A stretch of 64,000 bases of DNA from Diplonema japonicum (GCA_964019335.1 OZ025684.1:434001-498000); one strand, 5' to 3'. Positions 31,608 to 44,280 are shown, counted from the stretch's first letter. Numbers and translations are program-made. The notes: a model not told the origin generated them from the letters alone.

Positions 31608-32556
31608 CCTATGGTGTGCCGTAGAAAGCAGTAGAAAAAAAAAAAAAAAGAAAAAGGAAAAAAAAGAATTTAGGAAAACAAATAAAAAAAAGGAAAGAGT
31701 TGGAGAGGGGGAGGTACTTACGCATTTAGCCGCTGTTTTCATTTTTCCTTTTTTTTTTTTTTTTTTTCTTTCCTTCCCTCCCCCTCTCCATTCTCTTTTT
31801 AAAAGAAAAGACGGCTGCGCTCATCGCAACTATTACCTGGCAAGAACAGGGTAAGAATAAAGGCACAGGATATCAGAGCTCGATAGAAATGTAAACTAGG
31901 TATATATATCACAAGGGTGGGGTGGGGTGGGGGCATCTCACTACTAGCCGGTTAAACCATACAGTCTAGAATGCGACGTGCCACTACTTTGCTTGATTTG
32001 TGCTAGCTAATAGTGACTTGGGAGTGAGCGAGGATGGGTCACTCTAGGCCATAAGTGCAAGGTAAAAAAAAAAAAAAAAAAAAGAGACATTTAAGGGTAC
32101 CTGCGGTATGTGGCAGGAAGGCCTGAAAAAAAGAAGAAGAAAAAAAAGAGAATGGTGGCTTTGTGTGCTGCCGGTTAGTTAATAAAAGTATCTTCTTAGG
32201 ACCCACGTTAGCAAGAAAAAAATTAAGAAAAGAAAATATCACAAGTAAAAGAAAGAGTCGTGCCAGCCTCATTGTGTAAACTCTGTAGGTGTATGTGAGA
32301 CAATCGTTTAAAAAAGCCTTTTCAATTAACAGGCTGCTTTCAAAGAATGAGGAGGGACAGAAGAAGAGGATCGTGTTGGTGTGGGGGGGGGGGGGGGGGG
32401 AAGATCTGGGTTCTAGAGAAAAATTAAAAAACTCCCACCAAAAAAAAAAAAAGAAGAAGAAAGAAGGGAACAAAAAGCGTTTTTTATTTTTTTCCCCCTT
32501 CTTTTTCTTCCATTTTTTTTTTAAATTCAACGAAGGAATCCGGTCATCGTTACTTT

Positions 32557-32617
<61 letters not shown>

Positions 32618-33280
32618 TCCTCTCAATTTTACTTCTTTCAGCTTGTGCCTGATCAAGCTCGGTTCGTATATTGGGGTGGGGACCCCTATTTTGCAAATTA
32701 AGTGTTATATCTCCTCCATTTGTTGATTTTTTTCTCATTAGGCATACTGATTGAAGTAAAATTGAAGAGAGTAAAATAAAACCACTTATTCATGCCCAAG
32801 AACTTACTGTCACTCTCCCGGGGGAAAAAAAAAAAAAAAAAGAGACATTCAAGGGTACCTGCGGTATGTGAAAAAAAAAATAAAAAAAGAAACTCACTAG
32901 AGTTTTCATGCATTTCTTTTTTTTTTTTTTTGCATGAACAAGAAAAACAATATATTGATAATGAATTGTTATTGCTAAAAAGAGTAGTGGTAGCATTGTT
33001 GGGCTTATCCTTCTACAGGTTAATCCCGGCTGTGCACAAACAACTCTTCAGAAATTACCCCAAAAGACTTCAAAAAACCGAAGCAGCAGAAAAAAAGGAG
33101 CCAGCGGCCGCGCCAGGTATGGGAAGGCCTGATTAGAGATGGTGCCAGCGACAGCGGCAGCTCTTAGTCAACAAAAGGAGGAAAAACAACTTGTATTGTA
33201 ACCTTTGTAACCCCTCTCTTGTTGTACCCCTTGTCACCCTGTTGTGCCCCTCGTGGTGAAGTAATTTCAGAGTGTCGTGA

Positions 33281-33373
33281 AATAAAACCACTTACCTACC
33301 GCCAAGTAATGCTTTACCGACCTCTCGAGGTAACGGTAAGGTCATTACTTGTTGGCAGTAAATAGCTATTTTT
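33281..33373. repeat. Long imperfect palindrome, likely a mobile-element end
   Basis: caagtaatg-ctttaccg-acctc pairs with gaggt-cggtaagg-cattacttg; aaataaaaccactta also occurs near 32774. Confidence 0.6.
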
Positions 33374-33926
33374 ATTATTATTCCACCTCAAGTAGCAGAA
33401 AGTTTATAGTTCGTTGTGAAAAAAAAGAAAAAGAAATATTAGCTAGCACCCTTCAGATCCGAAAAGTGAGTGACAGATAATCTATATGACGCTCGATGAG
33501 CCCTGGTCATATTTAAATCCATTCCAGCCCTTTAAAAAAAAAAAGGAATTAGAAATTACATTCAACTACGATGTCATGTTGCAGGCGGTGATCAGACACT
33601 TTTACGGATCTGAAGGGCTATTTTTTTTTTTTTTTTTACTACTACTACAAAAACTCGATACTCGAATTGAAAACAAACAAAAAAAATATAGGAAAAAAAA
33701 AAGGGGAAAGAAAAAGATAAATAACCTCCCCATGAATAGCCATTTTTTTTTAAAAAAGATTCTCCCCCCCCCCCCCCCCCCCCCTCATACCCACAGCAAG
33801 CTTTTAAGAAAAACAATACTTGTGAAATCCCTACCTTACATCACCAAGTAATTTAAAGGTCATCTTCCGTGACCACATATCGTCCTTCCCTCTAAAAAAC
33901 AATTTCTTTTTTTTTCTTTTTTTTTT

Positions 33927-34760
33927 TTATCCAACAATTTTCCACTTCTTGACTTGCAGTGCTGCTACCCTGAAATTACACGTTTTTACAGAAGCAAAAA
34001 TGCTATTCAAGGTAACGGTTGCACCAAGATCCATCAGCAGCAGGGCAGTGTCCCTCCTTCCTGGCGAAGCCAGCGCCTTAGTAAGCAAGTCCCCACTGCT
34101 GTTGATATCAGCCCCAGACATCACCAGGGTTCGAATAGTGGCCGATCTATTCCTCGTTATTGCATAACAGAGCGGGTCCTGCCCATGCTTGTCGCGCACT
34201 AAAGGGCTAGCTCCAAGACCAATCAAGGCAAGAACCAAAGGGTTGTTCCCCGTCATCGCGGCCTTATGGAGCGCTGTCACACCGAACCTGTCCTGTGTAT
34301 TCGGGTCGCAGCCCAGCGAGACTAATAGCTTCACGCACTCCTCAGTTAAGTTCGATATGTGTAGTGGTGAAACATATGCCTTAGGGAAAAGAGGGATGCC
34401 TGCTTTGTACAGCATAGAGATTCCCCAGCAGTCAGATGTGGATAGTGCTGTTAGCATGCTTTGATTGTCCAATGTGTACCCTGCTTGTTCCAGTTCCTCT
34501 CTGATCTCCAGGCGTTGGGACATACGTACAGTGAGCTCTTCTGCGTTGACGAAGCCCAGCCCTGACAGGCAGCGGTCGTCGTCGTCTTCAGTCAGTACGC
34601 CGTGCTGGGACACCACTTCAAAGCACTCTAGGTTAGGGACTCCTATCTCTTTTCGGATCGCCTCGCGCAGATCCTTCACTTTGCTGCTTTGGGGTACCTC
34701 CACAGCTTGCCACTTCCCCGACCCCCTTACGTTGACGTTAACCAACAGTGTTGGGGCCAT
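33927..34760 (-). CDS. Ubiquitin-like domain plus ankyrin repeats (277 aa)
   Basis: VEVPQSSKVKDLREAIRKEIGVP (Ubl-like); GVTALHKAA and GQDPLCYAI ankyrin motifs. Confidence 0.85.
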   Translation of the reverse strand: MAPTLLVNVNVRGSGKWQAVEVPQSSKVKDLREAIRKEIGVPNLECFEVVSQHGVLTEDDDDRCLSGLGFVNAEELTVRMSQRLEIREELEQAGYTLDNQSMLTALSTSDCWGISMLYKAGIPLFPKAYVSPLHISNLTEECVKLLVSLGCDPNTQDRFGVTALHKAAMTGNNPLVLALIGLGASPLVRDKHGQDPLCYAITRNRSATIRTLVMSGADINSSGDLLTKALASPGRRDTALLLMDLGATVTLNSIFASVKTCNFRVAALQVKKWKIVG

Positions 34761-35103
34761 CGTTCTTTTGTTTCTCTCTTTTTTTCTCTCTCCCCCCCTC
34801 CCCTCCCCCTATGCCACCAACCTGATGATGTTTGAGAAAAAGCCGTCGGCGTCGGGGAAACAAAGAAAATCAGTTTTTTTAAAGAAATACAATCGGAGAG
34901 GAGATGGGGAACGAGGTCGTATTAAATCTAGGGGGAGGGGGCGGGGGAAGAACCGGAGAATTTTGTTATACAGGAGAGCTGGGGGGAGGGGGGAGAAATA
35001 ACAAACACGTAGAAGAAAAAATGGGGGGGGGAAGGGGTGAATAAGGACAGGGGGGGGGGGGAAGAAAACATCTAACAGTCTTAATTATCAACTTCTTCTT
35101 TTT

Positions 35104-36170
35104 TTACCACCTTCTTGGGCTCAATTGCCTCGTATCCGCATCTGTGTGTGTGAGGTCCTTGAGGGCCCGCTGCAGGCCGACAATAGCGTCATTCACGGTT
35201 TTTCTGCGGGGGGGTTTATTATTTTTATTCTTTTAATTCTCCCTTCCCCTCCCCACCCTCCTCTCTCATACTTGCGCGTAGGATTTGAAGGTGTTGTAGG
35301 CAACGGAACAGCAATGGGCGCAGCAACAATGGGCGTAGGAAGGAGTGCTGACGTCAAGCCCAACTCGTCTCGCGGTGTAAAGTCCCTTGTGGAAGATCGC
35401 TGTGGGGAGCTGACAGCTGCGGAGAATCGTCTTCTGTACGACGGTGTGACGGGAGCAGGTTGGGGCAGAGGTATGTCATGGGCTGGCACGGAAACAGGCC
35501 ACACCGGCAAGGCGACAGGTGAGGATAGAATGGGAGCGGGCTGCGATGTCCCGCTGGACCGCCGCCGAACGTTGAGCACACCGTTGCCGTTGCCTTCTCT
35601 GTCAGCGTTCGGTGAATGCAGCGCCGGGACACATGACAAGGCAGCGGTGGGGAACCAGGCCTCCTGCCCACCCATGAAGCGCACCCTTGCCACGCCCTTG
35701 TCCTTTTCTGTAATGGTGCCAACCTTTCCAAGCATGTTCCCCTTGCTCTCACGCCATTCTGTGGTGCACTCCTTGCACAGCTCGATGACATGTTGCTTGT
35801 TGGGATGCACACTGACACGCATCCCTGGGTGCACGTCGTCAGGGTCGGGGGACACAACGCGTGTAGCCGTTGCTGGTGCTGGTGCTGGTGCTGGTGCTGG
35901 TGCTGGTGTTGCTGGTGTGTTCAGCACACCGTCTAGTGGGTCGAAGGTTACACGCGATTTCCTATTTAAAGCCTCCTGCGGTGTTGTCACCATCCCCATG
36001 ATGGAGGTGTCGTAGACTGGTGCCGTGTCCCGCGACTCTGCCTCCTGATAGGCGGCCACGTCTATGCAGTCGTCAGGCTTCACCCCGTTCAAGGACTCGA
36101 GATACGCCACTCGCTTGCTGAGCGTCAGTACAAGCCTTTCGAGGGCCTCCATGCGCTCGTCGGGGCGCAT
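35104..36170 (-). CDS. Pro-rich protein with SH3/KOW-like beta domain; two exons (36170-35272, 35203-35104)
   Basis: Removing the 68-nt GTATGA...GCAG intron (35204-35271) replaces a low-complexity tail with in-frame KKTVNDAIVGLQRALKDL...RRW*. Confidence 0.75.
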
Positions 36171-36471
36171 AGAAATGTCGGCCCTGACTTTTCTCTCCCC
36201 CTTTGGTTAGAATTAGAATGTTTTTTTTTTTTTTTTTTTTTTGTTAAACCCCTCCCCTTTTTTTCTTCCTGCTCACCTCCAGCCAAACCTAGCATATTGC
36301 GGTTGAGCAAAGAAGCTGCAATGATTGCACAACCAGCTCATACCAGGTTTGATGCAGGTAGTCACGATTCTTTTTTGCTCAAATAATCAAAAACAAAATA
36401 AATTTCGAACTACCAAAAAAAAAAGAAAAAGGTGTTGACATTTTTAATCCAGACGTTCTCATAGGGGGGTG

Positions 36472-36948
36472 TTAGTAAAGCTTCTGCAGCTGCTCTGCTG
36501 TCAGCTTGCAGTTGACCCAGGTAGGATCGAGAATCGCCTTCTTTGCTGCATAGAAGTCTTTCGCTAATTCGTTCCATTCCAGCACTTGCCATTCCAACCT
36601 ACTGGCACTGCGCTCCTTGGCTGTTCGTGCTACTTCTTTGAAGATCAGGCTGCCCACACCCTTACCACGGGAATTCTGCGTTACAGCAAAGTCTTCCAGG
36701 TACATTGTTGCCCCTTTCCATGTGCTATATCTCGCGTAAAACAGCCCAAAGCCCAACAGCTTCCCGTTTGACTCTTCTTCTGCCACTACTACTTCAAAAA
36801 GTTTGTTCTCAAAATCTCGCTCTAGCATATCGACGGTGACAGCCACTTCCTTTTCTTCCTTCTCATACACAGCGAGTTCTACTATCAATTCTAAAACCTG
36901 CTTCATATCACCTACGACAGCATGGCGCACTCGGACCCCTTCTGGCAT
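36472..36948 (-). CDS. GNAT acetyltransferase, spermidine/spermine (diamine) N-acetyltransferase-like
   Basis: LIVELAVYEK, YSTWKG, YLEDFAV, RGKGVGS, WQVLEWNELAKDFY. ATG (MPEG) at 36948. Confidence 0.9.
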   Translation of the reverse strand: MPEGVRVRHAVVGDMKQVLELIVELAVYEKEEKEVAVTVDMLERDFENKLFEVVVAEEESNGKLLGFGLFYARYSTWKGATMYLEDFAVTQNSRGKGVGSLIFKEVARTAKERSASRLEWQVLEWNELAKDFYAAKKAILDPTWVNCKLTAEQLQKLY

Positions 36949-37445
36949 TTCTTTTTTTTTTTTTTCTCCTTGTTTTTCTTTTTCCCCGTACAAAACGACA
37001 GCCAGACAAAAAAGAGTTTCTTCTTTCTTTTCTTGTAGGGATGAGTGCGGGGGAAGGGGGTAAGAATGGCAAGAAGAAGAAAAAAAAAAACACAAAAGTT
37101 TTTTTTTTTTTTTTTGCTTTTTTGTTTTTTTTTTTTGTTTTTTTTTTAAGGTGTATTTCTTTTTTTTTCGTTAAAAATGGAAAGGGGGGGGGAAGGTGCT
37201 TAGTGGGAAAAAGGGTTGGGAAAGAAGGGGGGAAAAGAAAAGAGAGGGAAAAAAAAGATTACTTTTTCTTCCTTTTTTTTTCTCTCTTTTTCTTTCTTTC
37301 TTTTTTTTTTCGCACACCGCCTGAAAAGAATACATTTCTTTTGTTATCGGGGGGGGGGAGGTAAACCATTTCTTTTTCTTTTTTTCCAGAAAACACTAAA
37401 AGAAAAAAAGAAAGGATTTTTTTAAAAACTATATAAAAAGAAAAT

Positions 37446-40400
37446 CTAGACATCTGACCTCATGTCGGCGTCGGATTGCTGTGTTTGTGTTAATACCCTT
37501 GTAGCCCGTTGCCCCTTTAATACCATTGCAAGCTCAATGTCCCCACCATCAGAAGTAGGTTCCATGCCACCAATGTCGTCGAGATGCCCTTCAGAGCGTG
37601 CGGTGCCTCTATAGGAGCTTGATGACTTCCTCTTGGAGAGGTACATGCCAAGGGCAATGAGAAGGACGAGGATCACGACAATGATGACAATTGCAATAGT
37701 CATACTGCTGTTGCTGCCTGATGACGACGACGGGGCAGCAGTGGGCGATGTGGTCGGTGCTGCTGTATCGGGGGCGTCAGACGAGCGGGCAGCGGGGTCC
37801 ACTGCATTTGTCACACCGTTGTCCTTCAGAACTGTGCTGCTCTGATTTTTCGCAAGTTCTTCCACTTGCAGCTTCAGCGCAGCGTCGTTAGGATCGCTTG
37901 CAGACTGCCCATGGTTCACCACAAGCCTCCCTTGCACGCTTGCGTCTGTCGTGTTCACTGCCAGCACCCCTGCCGACCTGAACTCCTTGTCGACCGCCTC
38001 GCACACAGCAGGGTCCAGAAGGTCCTCCTTCGTAATCCCTGCAACCGCCCTCCCCTTCGGCACTGCGCACAGATGCGACATGATGACCTTCACAATGTTG
38101 TGCCCTGCCTTTTGCAGCAGCACCCCGTACTCTTCCACAACGGCCGCCGCGGTCTGCTGCCAGCTCCCTGTCACGCCGCCGCCAAAAAGCACAGTCATTT
38201 CGACGGACGACGTGCGCGGCACGAAGAACTCCCGCACTTGCCACATCTCCGTCGCGATCGCTGCATTCATGTTCGCAAGCAGCGTTGTCTCGTCCACACC
38301 CGCCGGCAACGAGAGCTCCAACTCGACGAGATCCGTGCACTCCCCGCTGGCGCACACCACCTGCTGGTAGTACGCGATGCGAGGGTCCTCTACTTGACAC
38401 CTGTCGCTGGCTCGGTCCTCATTGAGGATACCTGCCAGCAACCTGACGCTGGGAATAGAGCACGTGTGGCCCACCAGCAAGCTCTTGAAGTCGACGTTTT
38501 GCGTAGTCAGCCAGGTGGACATTGCGAATGCTAGATCAGCATTCTTTTGGGGCGTAGCCGAAAGGACTGCAAGGAAGGTAAGGAGGGACTGTGCCGGAAC
38601 GGGTGTGTTCTTAGGGGTTTCTGTGAGCGGCGCGTTAGTTTGTGGCGCGTCGGTGGGCTCTGCTGTAGGGGGCGTTGTGGGCTCCGCAGTGTCATTTGAA
38701 ATGTTTGTGTCAGGTCCCACGGTGGGTTCCATCGTAGTCGGCATGGTAGGCGCCTCCGTGTCGGGCGCGCTGGTGGGCTCCGCCGTGTCAGGGGCAGATG
38801 TGGGGGCAACCCTTAAGGGGAACAACTTTGAGACAATGATGGGGGCCAAGCCTGCTGCTGTGGCCTCTAGCTCAACGATGACCGAGCTGGAAGCCTGCGC
38901 CGGGGCTGTTGTGAGTGTCAGCTGATCGGCAATCAGCTTTGAGATGTCGACGCAGCTACCTTGGAAGGCGATGCTGTCCATCCCGTCCAGCATCCCTCCG
39001 ACGACAGACACCTTGACCCCCAGGTGCGGCACTGTCGAATGGCACCCGAGAATTCCTTTGAGCTTATGTGTAACATCCACTTCAACAGTAGGCGTTATAA
39101 AGAACTGCAACCACGAGCTGCAGGGCGGTGTGTACCCAATAACTACCTGCAAGTCGGTGAGGGGAGCTGGTGTAGCGCATGTCGCTGTTGGCTTCGTGGA
39201 AGCGTCGTACCCCACGGTCCCCGCGTCGCAGGTCGCTCCTGTCAACGGCGGGAATATCGTCGCGGTATCTGGCAGTCCTGCCCAGCCTGAGCCGAAGGCA
39301 TCGGCGAGCACAATTCTGATGTTCATGGTTGGCTCGTGGATAGGCGGGACGCACAGACCCTCGGGGAAGTAGCTCAGGCAAGTGAGCAAAGCCTGCATGT
39401 TGATTTCCCCGGCGGAACTCAGCAGCGATTTGAAAACAGCATCATAATCGTACGGCAGCTTGTGTTTGACGGTGTTCAGCTCGCCACAGTGGCCCCTCGC
39501 ATTGACGCAGCCCTTCACCGACTCTTGGAAGTTGTTCACATTGACGTAGTTATTAGAAGGGAAGCACGTCTCGAGGTCAGCCGTGCCAGCCTGCACACGT
39601 ACCACCGTAAGCGAGTACGTACCGGGGGGGGCTGGAGTGTCCGGAGCTGTTGTAGGCTCGCTGGTCACATCTGGGGTGTTGGTCACTTTTGGGGCAGCTT
39701 CTAAGAGCACTGTAGTTTTCAAAATAACTTCGGGGAACCTCAGCGTGTGAGCCTGTATCTCAAGGTCGGCACTGGCGCCGTCCGGCAGGTCGGGGCGATT
39801 GAGCAGCCACGCACCAATCTCGTTCGACAAGTGTTCAGCATTCCCAGTGAAGCTAGCCTGTGCCGTCCCAAGCTTGACAGTGGCGTCGATGGACTCCTCT
39901 GCAGATGCGAGCATGAAGTACCCCGTCACGGTCTCCGTCGACAGGTTACCGACAAGCGGGCGGTTGGCGCTGTCGGTGTGGAGTCGTAGCCAGTGTTCCC
40001 CGCACAGGTCCCACGTAATGACGATCTGCAGATCAACGCTGGTCTGTGTTACAGGGCACTCAACAGTTTGGGCTGGAAGGATGTATGGCCACCCATCGCT
40101 CGTACAAGTTGGCGCCTGCCATCCTGTGGTGACCCCGCTTACGAAGACGAAACGTGTGGACATCGGCATCGTAGCGTTGATAGCTGCCGCGCACGTGGCA
40201 AGAGGGTAGTCCTTCAGGCACAGCGCCAGGGCATCAACATCCACGTCCATTGAGGACAGTCGCTCGATGCCGGGCAGCGGCATATCGACGACGTCAGCAT
40301 CGCAAGCAGAGCTGCACGCTGCCCACCCGTCCACAAAGTACAAAGACTCATTACTGATGGTATTTACAGGGAAGCAGTCCAGCAAGAGTTCCCCTGTCTG

Positions 40401-41273
40401 TGCAGCCGAGGTGGTAGACACCATGGGCGTGTTAACGGTGGGCGCGGGCGTGGTGACATTGAAGGTGGCCAGCATCGCAGGGCGCGTGGCATGGACGAGC
40501 CGTATGGTGACGAGGGCATCTTGCAAGTTGCTTGGCAGGGAGATGCGGTGGGATGCGAGCAAGGCATTGTTGCCCGCGGCAGTTGCCGGCAAGAAGACAT
40601 CGGGTGCGCCCCCTGTGGTGTTCTCAAGCTTCGCACCAACAGGAAGGTCGAATTCTATGGCGAAGTCGTACGGTGTAAAGATTCGCATTTCAGAGAGCTC
40701 GAGCATGTTGTTGTCCATGTTGCTTGTGAGATTGCCAGGAAGGTAGATGGTGGCCCAGTTCACGGGTGCCAGTCCTGTCGAAACAATGAACTGAACGTCC
40801 ATGTTGGCAGCAGGCTGCTCGGTGCAAGCGATGGCCGTCTGAAGGGGCGGGTTAGCGCTCGCCGTAACATTGTTGTTGCAGAGCTCCTCGCCGGGCTGGA
40901 GGAGGGGGACCATCACAGAGGGCTCCTCCGCAATGATGAACCGCAACTTTTGTGATGGCCATGTATCGACCGCAGGGATGCACTCATTGGAAGGGTAGAG
41001 CTTCAAGCAGTTGAGCACATCTGTTGCCGAAAGTGTCTCAGACTGGATCTTCGCTACGAACGAGGAAGCGGATTCTGGCACAGTGTCTACGACACCACCT
41101 GTTTCCCCGCACCCCGCGTTGGCCACAAACCCCATCACCGTCACGTCCTCTGTGGCAGGGTAGCATGCCAGGTTCTTATTTCCCCATTGTGATGCATCAA
41201 GGGAAACAATTTCCACCAACCCACAACAGCCTAGCTGCGCCACCGCTAGCACGGTTGCTAGACGGCTGAACAT
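37446..41273 (-). CDS. Large type I membrane/surface protein (1275 aa) with internal domain repeats and T/A/P-rich linkers
   Basis: Signal peptide; three related Cys domains (ACYPAT, DCFPVN, TCFPSN); two related membrane-proximal domains; TM IAIVIIVVILVLLIALGMYL. Confidence 0.88.
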   Translation of the reverse strand: MFSRLATVLAVAQLGCCGLVEIVSLDASQWGNKNLACYPATEDVTVMGFVANAGCGETGGVVDTVPESASSFVAKIQSETLSATDVLNCLKLYPSNECIPAVDTWPSQKLRFIIAEEPSVMVPLLQPGEELCNNNVTASANPPLQTAIACTEQPAANMDVQFIVSTGLAPVNWATIYLPGNLTSNMDNNMLELSEMRIFTPYDFAIEFDLPVGAKLENTTGGAPDVFLPATAAGNNALLASHRISLPSNLQDALVTIRLVHATRPAMLATFNVTTPAPTVNTPMVSTTSAAQTGELLLDCFPVNTISNESLYFVDGWAACSSACDADVVDMPLPGIERLSSMDVDVDALALCLKDYPLATCAAAINATMPMSTRFVFVSGVTTGWQAPTCTSDGWPYILPAQTVECPVTQTSVDLQIVITWDLCGEHWLRLHTDSANRPLVGNLSTETVTGYFMLASAEESIDATVKLGTAQASFTGNAEHLSNEIGAWLLNRPDLPDGASADLEIQAHTLRFPEVILKTTVLLEAAPKVTNTPDVTSEPTTAPDTPAPPGTYSLTVVRVQAGTADLETCFPSNNYVNVNNFQESVKGCVNARGHCGELNTVKHKLPYDYDAVFKSLLSSAGEINMQALLTCLSYFPEGLCVPPIHEPTMNIRIVLADAFGSGWAGLPDTATIFPPLTGATCDAGTVGYDASTKPTATCATPAPLTDLQVVIGYTPPCSSWLQFFITPTVEVDVTHKLKGILGCHSTVPHLGVKVSVVGGMLDGMDSIAFQGSCVDISKLIADQLTLTTAPAQASSSVIVELEATAAGLAPIIVSKLFPLRVAPTSAPDTAEPTSAPDTEAPTMPTTMEPTVGPDTNISNDTAEPTTPPTAEPTDAPQTNAPLTETPKNTPVPAQSLLTFLAVLSATPQKNADLAFAMSTWLTTQNVDFKSLLVGHTCSIPSVRLLAGILNEDRASDRCQVEDPRIAYYQQVVCASGECTDLVELELSLPAGVDETTLLANMNAAIATEMWQVREFFVPRTSSVEMTVLFGGGVTGSWQQTAAAVVEEYGVLLQKAGHNIVKVIMSHLCAVPKGRAVAGITKEDLLDPAVCEAVDKEFRSAGVLAVNTTDASVQGRLVVNHGQSASDPNDAALKLQVEELAKNQSSTVLKDNGVTNAVDPAARSSDAPDTAAPTTSPTAAPSSSSGSNSSMTIAIVIIVVILVLLIALGMYLSKRKSSSSYRGTARSEGHLDDIGGMEPTSDGGDIELAMVLKGQRATRVLTQTQQSDADMRSDV

Positions 41274-42391
41274 CTTTTCCTTTTTTCTTTATAGTGGTGT
41301 TTCGCTCCTTTGTTTTTTGAAGTTTTTTGTACGCACTCAAAGCCGTTGAGTTGGGATGGCACCGTTTCCAGGTCGTCCTTCTCCAGTCACTCTTCGCTGT
41401 CCTCTTCCTCTAGTTGGTGTCCGCTGTGGGCTTATGCAGGAGACTCCCGCCGGTGAATGGTGGGGCCCATAGGATGACCGTGTTTTTCTCGTTGTCAACA
41501 TCTTAAGTGTTAAGAAAGAAGAAGAAGAAGAAGAAGAAGAAGAAAAAAGAAAAAAACACCACCCACTCCTCAGAGTCAAAAGCGCTTAAACCCTTGAGGG
41601 TTCGGCTTGGCTGCAGAGGAGGGAAGGTGTAGGGGGGGGAGGAGTACGGGAAAAAAAATTGTGGAGGAATGACACTTCTTTTTTTCTTAGTTCTTTCTTT
41701 TTTTTTTTCATTACAGGCCTCCTGGATCTGAGTTTTTTTTGGGGGGGGGAGGGAACAACATTCTATGCAAAACACAATTCTTTTTTTTGAGATGTAGTGT
41801 CCCATTCCTCTAAAAACAAAAATAGAGGGCTCTGGTAGAAGGAAGCAATGGGGGGGGGGGGGTCTGGTAGGGCTCTGGTAGAAGGGGGGGGGGGGGGGGG
41901 GTCCCCTCTCTTCTTCACGGCGTACTTTCTTTTTTTAATTTTCTTTATTATTTCTGCCTTTTAAAAAAAAGAGGGGTGAAGTGGGGTGGAAAAATTGTCT
42001 TCTCTTTTTATCAAAAAAAAAACACGAATGACTGGAAAAAAAAAAAAAAAGGAACCGGGCTTGCAAGTGGTTTTAAAAAATAAAAAAAAGAAGAAAAAGC
42101 CGGTGAAAGGGTCTTTTTTTTTTTTCCGTTTTTCTTTTTTTTTTTTTCTTTTTTTCCGAAGCCACTGCAAATGCCAACGGCAAGCAACCAACTGTTATTT
42201 ATAATTTATAGTTTTTAAAAAAGAAAAAAAAATATATATATATGAGTTTTAAAAAAAAAAATAAATAAGAGGAGACGGCTGGGGGAAATAAAGAGGGCGG
42301 AGTCCTTAGAAGGGCGCCATCCCCCCCCGTTCAGCCTATTTCTACTATTTTTTTGTTCTTTTTCTTTTTTTTTTTTTTCTTGAGAAAAACC

Positions 42392-42587
42392 GCTAAATTG
42401 ACCCTAAGTTCGGAGATAAGTTTAAAAACCAACCCCCTTTAAGAAATGCTCTCTGTCAATTTTCAGGGGGGAAAAGTTTCTGACCCGGTCCCCAAGTTTC
42501 ATAAATCTCAACATTATACCCCCAAGGTCTGCTTTCTTCTGGGGGGAGGCGATTTATGAGTACTTCGAAAACTTGGGTCAAGTTAGC
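42392..42587. mobile_element. Small foldback/TIR element
   Basis: gctaaattgaccctaagtt vs reverse complement gctaacttgacccaagtt; inner inverted pair tcataaatc/gatttatga. Confidence 0.5.
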
Positions 42588-43340
42588 ACTCCACCTTTTT
42601 TTCTTTTTTTTTTCGGATTCTTTTTTTAGTTCTAAGACAAAGAAGTCTCAGACAGAAGGAACTTGGGGCGGGTGATAGATGGATGAATATCAGGGGAAAA
42701 AAAAAAAAAAAAAAAAAAACAGAAAAGGTAACATTGTAGCACCTATAAACATACTGTCAAAGGAAAGGAACACCTTACCCTTGACCCAACTGAAAGAAAA
42801 AAGATTAAATAAATAAATAAATGAATAAATAAAAAAAATAAAAAAATTAAAAAAAAGAAAGAAACACGTCACGAAGAACTGTAACCTCTTCTTCTTTTCC
42901 GACACCGCTCCCCTCTGGGCCTCCCAGGTTCCCCTGACAGAGAGTCTCTCAGGATCGCTCTTGGGCCATGTTTCCGTGAATCTGCCACTTTTTTTTTTTT
43001 TTTCTTTTTAATGCAAAGCCGGGCGATGTTTGAGGTTCGGGAGCCTAAAAAGTACTCAAAGGAAACACATAATTTTAAACAAAAACATACTATAAAACTA
43101 CTATGTTCTCGGGTATAGGTGGTTTAGGGGGGAAAAAAAAGGGGAAAAAAAAAAAGAGAAAAAAGAGTCGGTTTTTAGCATTAGTTTGCGCACACGGCAT
43201 CTTGGGATAAATACTGCATGCTACCACTACTCTTTTTTTTTTTTTTTTTTTTTTTGCTCTTACAAGAAACTGTTTCTTAAATGCAAGAAAAAAAAGCCAC
43301 CTCTCATTTTTCTTTTACCCGCAAACCCGGGTTTGACCTC

Positions 43341-43369
<29 letters not shown>

Positions 43370-43372
<3 letters not shown>

Positions 43373-43695
43373 GGCTTTGATTGCAACACTAGGTGGCGTT
43401 AAGCGTGCAATGAAGCACGAACTACCTACTTGATTACAGGGGGCGCTCCTCGGCCGAGCAGTAGCTTCTTCTGCGTTCCGCGTCGTGTCCATAATGCGTG
43501 CGGTGTGCTCAACCCTAGCCGGGGCGTCCCGGGTAACCAAGATTCTGTGCTCGTGCAGTCTGCTGCCTGTTCGTCACCCTGAGCATCTGCGTTACGTTCT
43601 TCCACTCGGGCGCTACCGGTGATGACCGACGAGGAGGTCAACAGCGAACAACACATCTGATGTACTTCTTATATTTTCATGTTATCCCCACCACC
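43370..43695 (-). mobile_element. Ribozyme-headed non-coding retroposon, copy 2 (no spliced leader)
   Basis: Near-identical to 14450-14772. Long T tail on the sense strand; 5' flank TTTTTTTA. Confidence 0.88.
43562..43695 (-). ncRNA. HDV-like self-cleaving ribozyme, copy 2
   Basis: All helices and core nucleotides identical to 14639-14772; the one difference seen lies in the J1/2 loop. Confidence 0.85.
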
Positions 43696-44280
43696 TAAAA
43701 AAACAACTAAGGATAGTCAGGGCCCCCGGTTCAAAATGGGTTTTTTTCGATAGACCTGCGATACTTTTTGGCCAATTTTTTGACCCTTTTTTTTTCGAAA
43801 GAAAATAAAAATAGGGGGGTGAACATTAATTGGGCTCCCCGGCCACACTGTGAACACTTTTTTTTTTTTTTTTTCTCACTGAACGTTTGTGCCACTCCTC
43901 CAGAATCATGAAACCGTCTTATGACGCAACTGATGAAGTCTTCACTCGGAACATCTGCCCCCTCCGTGCTTATCACCAATAGACGGTTCAGTTCTCAGGT
44001 TCAATTGATGTCCTGAGCTTTGTGAACACGAGGCGCAGCTTGCTGAACTGCGTGTAGAAGGCAGCTCCACAGTGACCTCAGGACGCTGCGTAGACCGGCG
44101 ACGCTTTCAAAAAGAATTGCTTAGACGGCGATTGCCGGTCTATCCCCACCTTACCGGAGAGCCTGGGATAGTGGAGAAGGAACAGAAGATAAAAAAAAAA
44201 AAAAAAACAAATAAAACAAAAAAAGGATCGCATGTAAAAACTTCATTGAAAGCAAAAAAAAAAAAAAAAAAAAAAAAAAA

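Noticed and set aside
43880-44170. Coding-like fragment on the minus strand
   Set aside because: Interrupted by stops, with no recognisable motif or ends.
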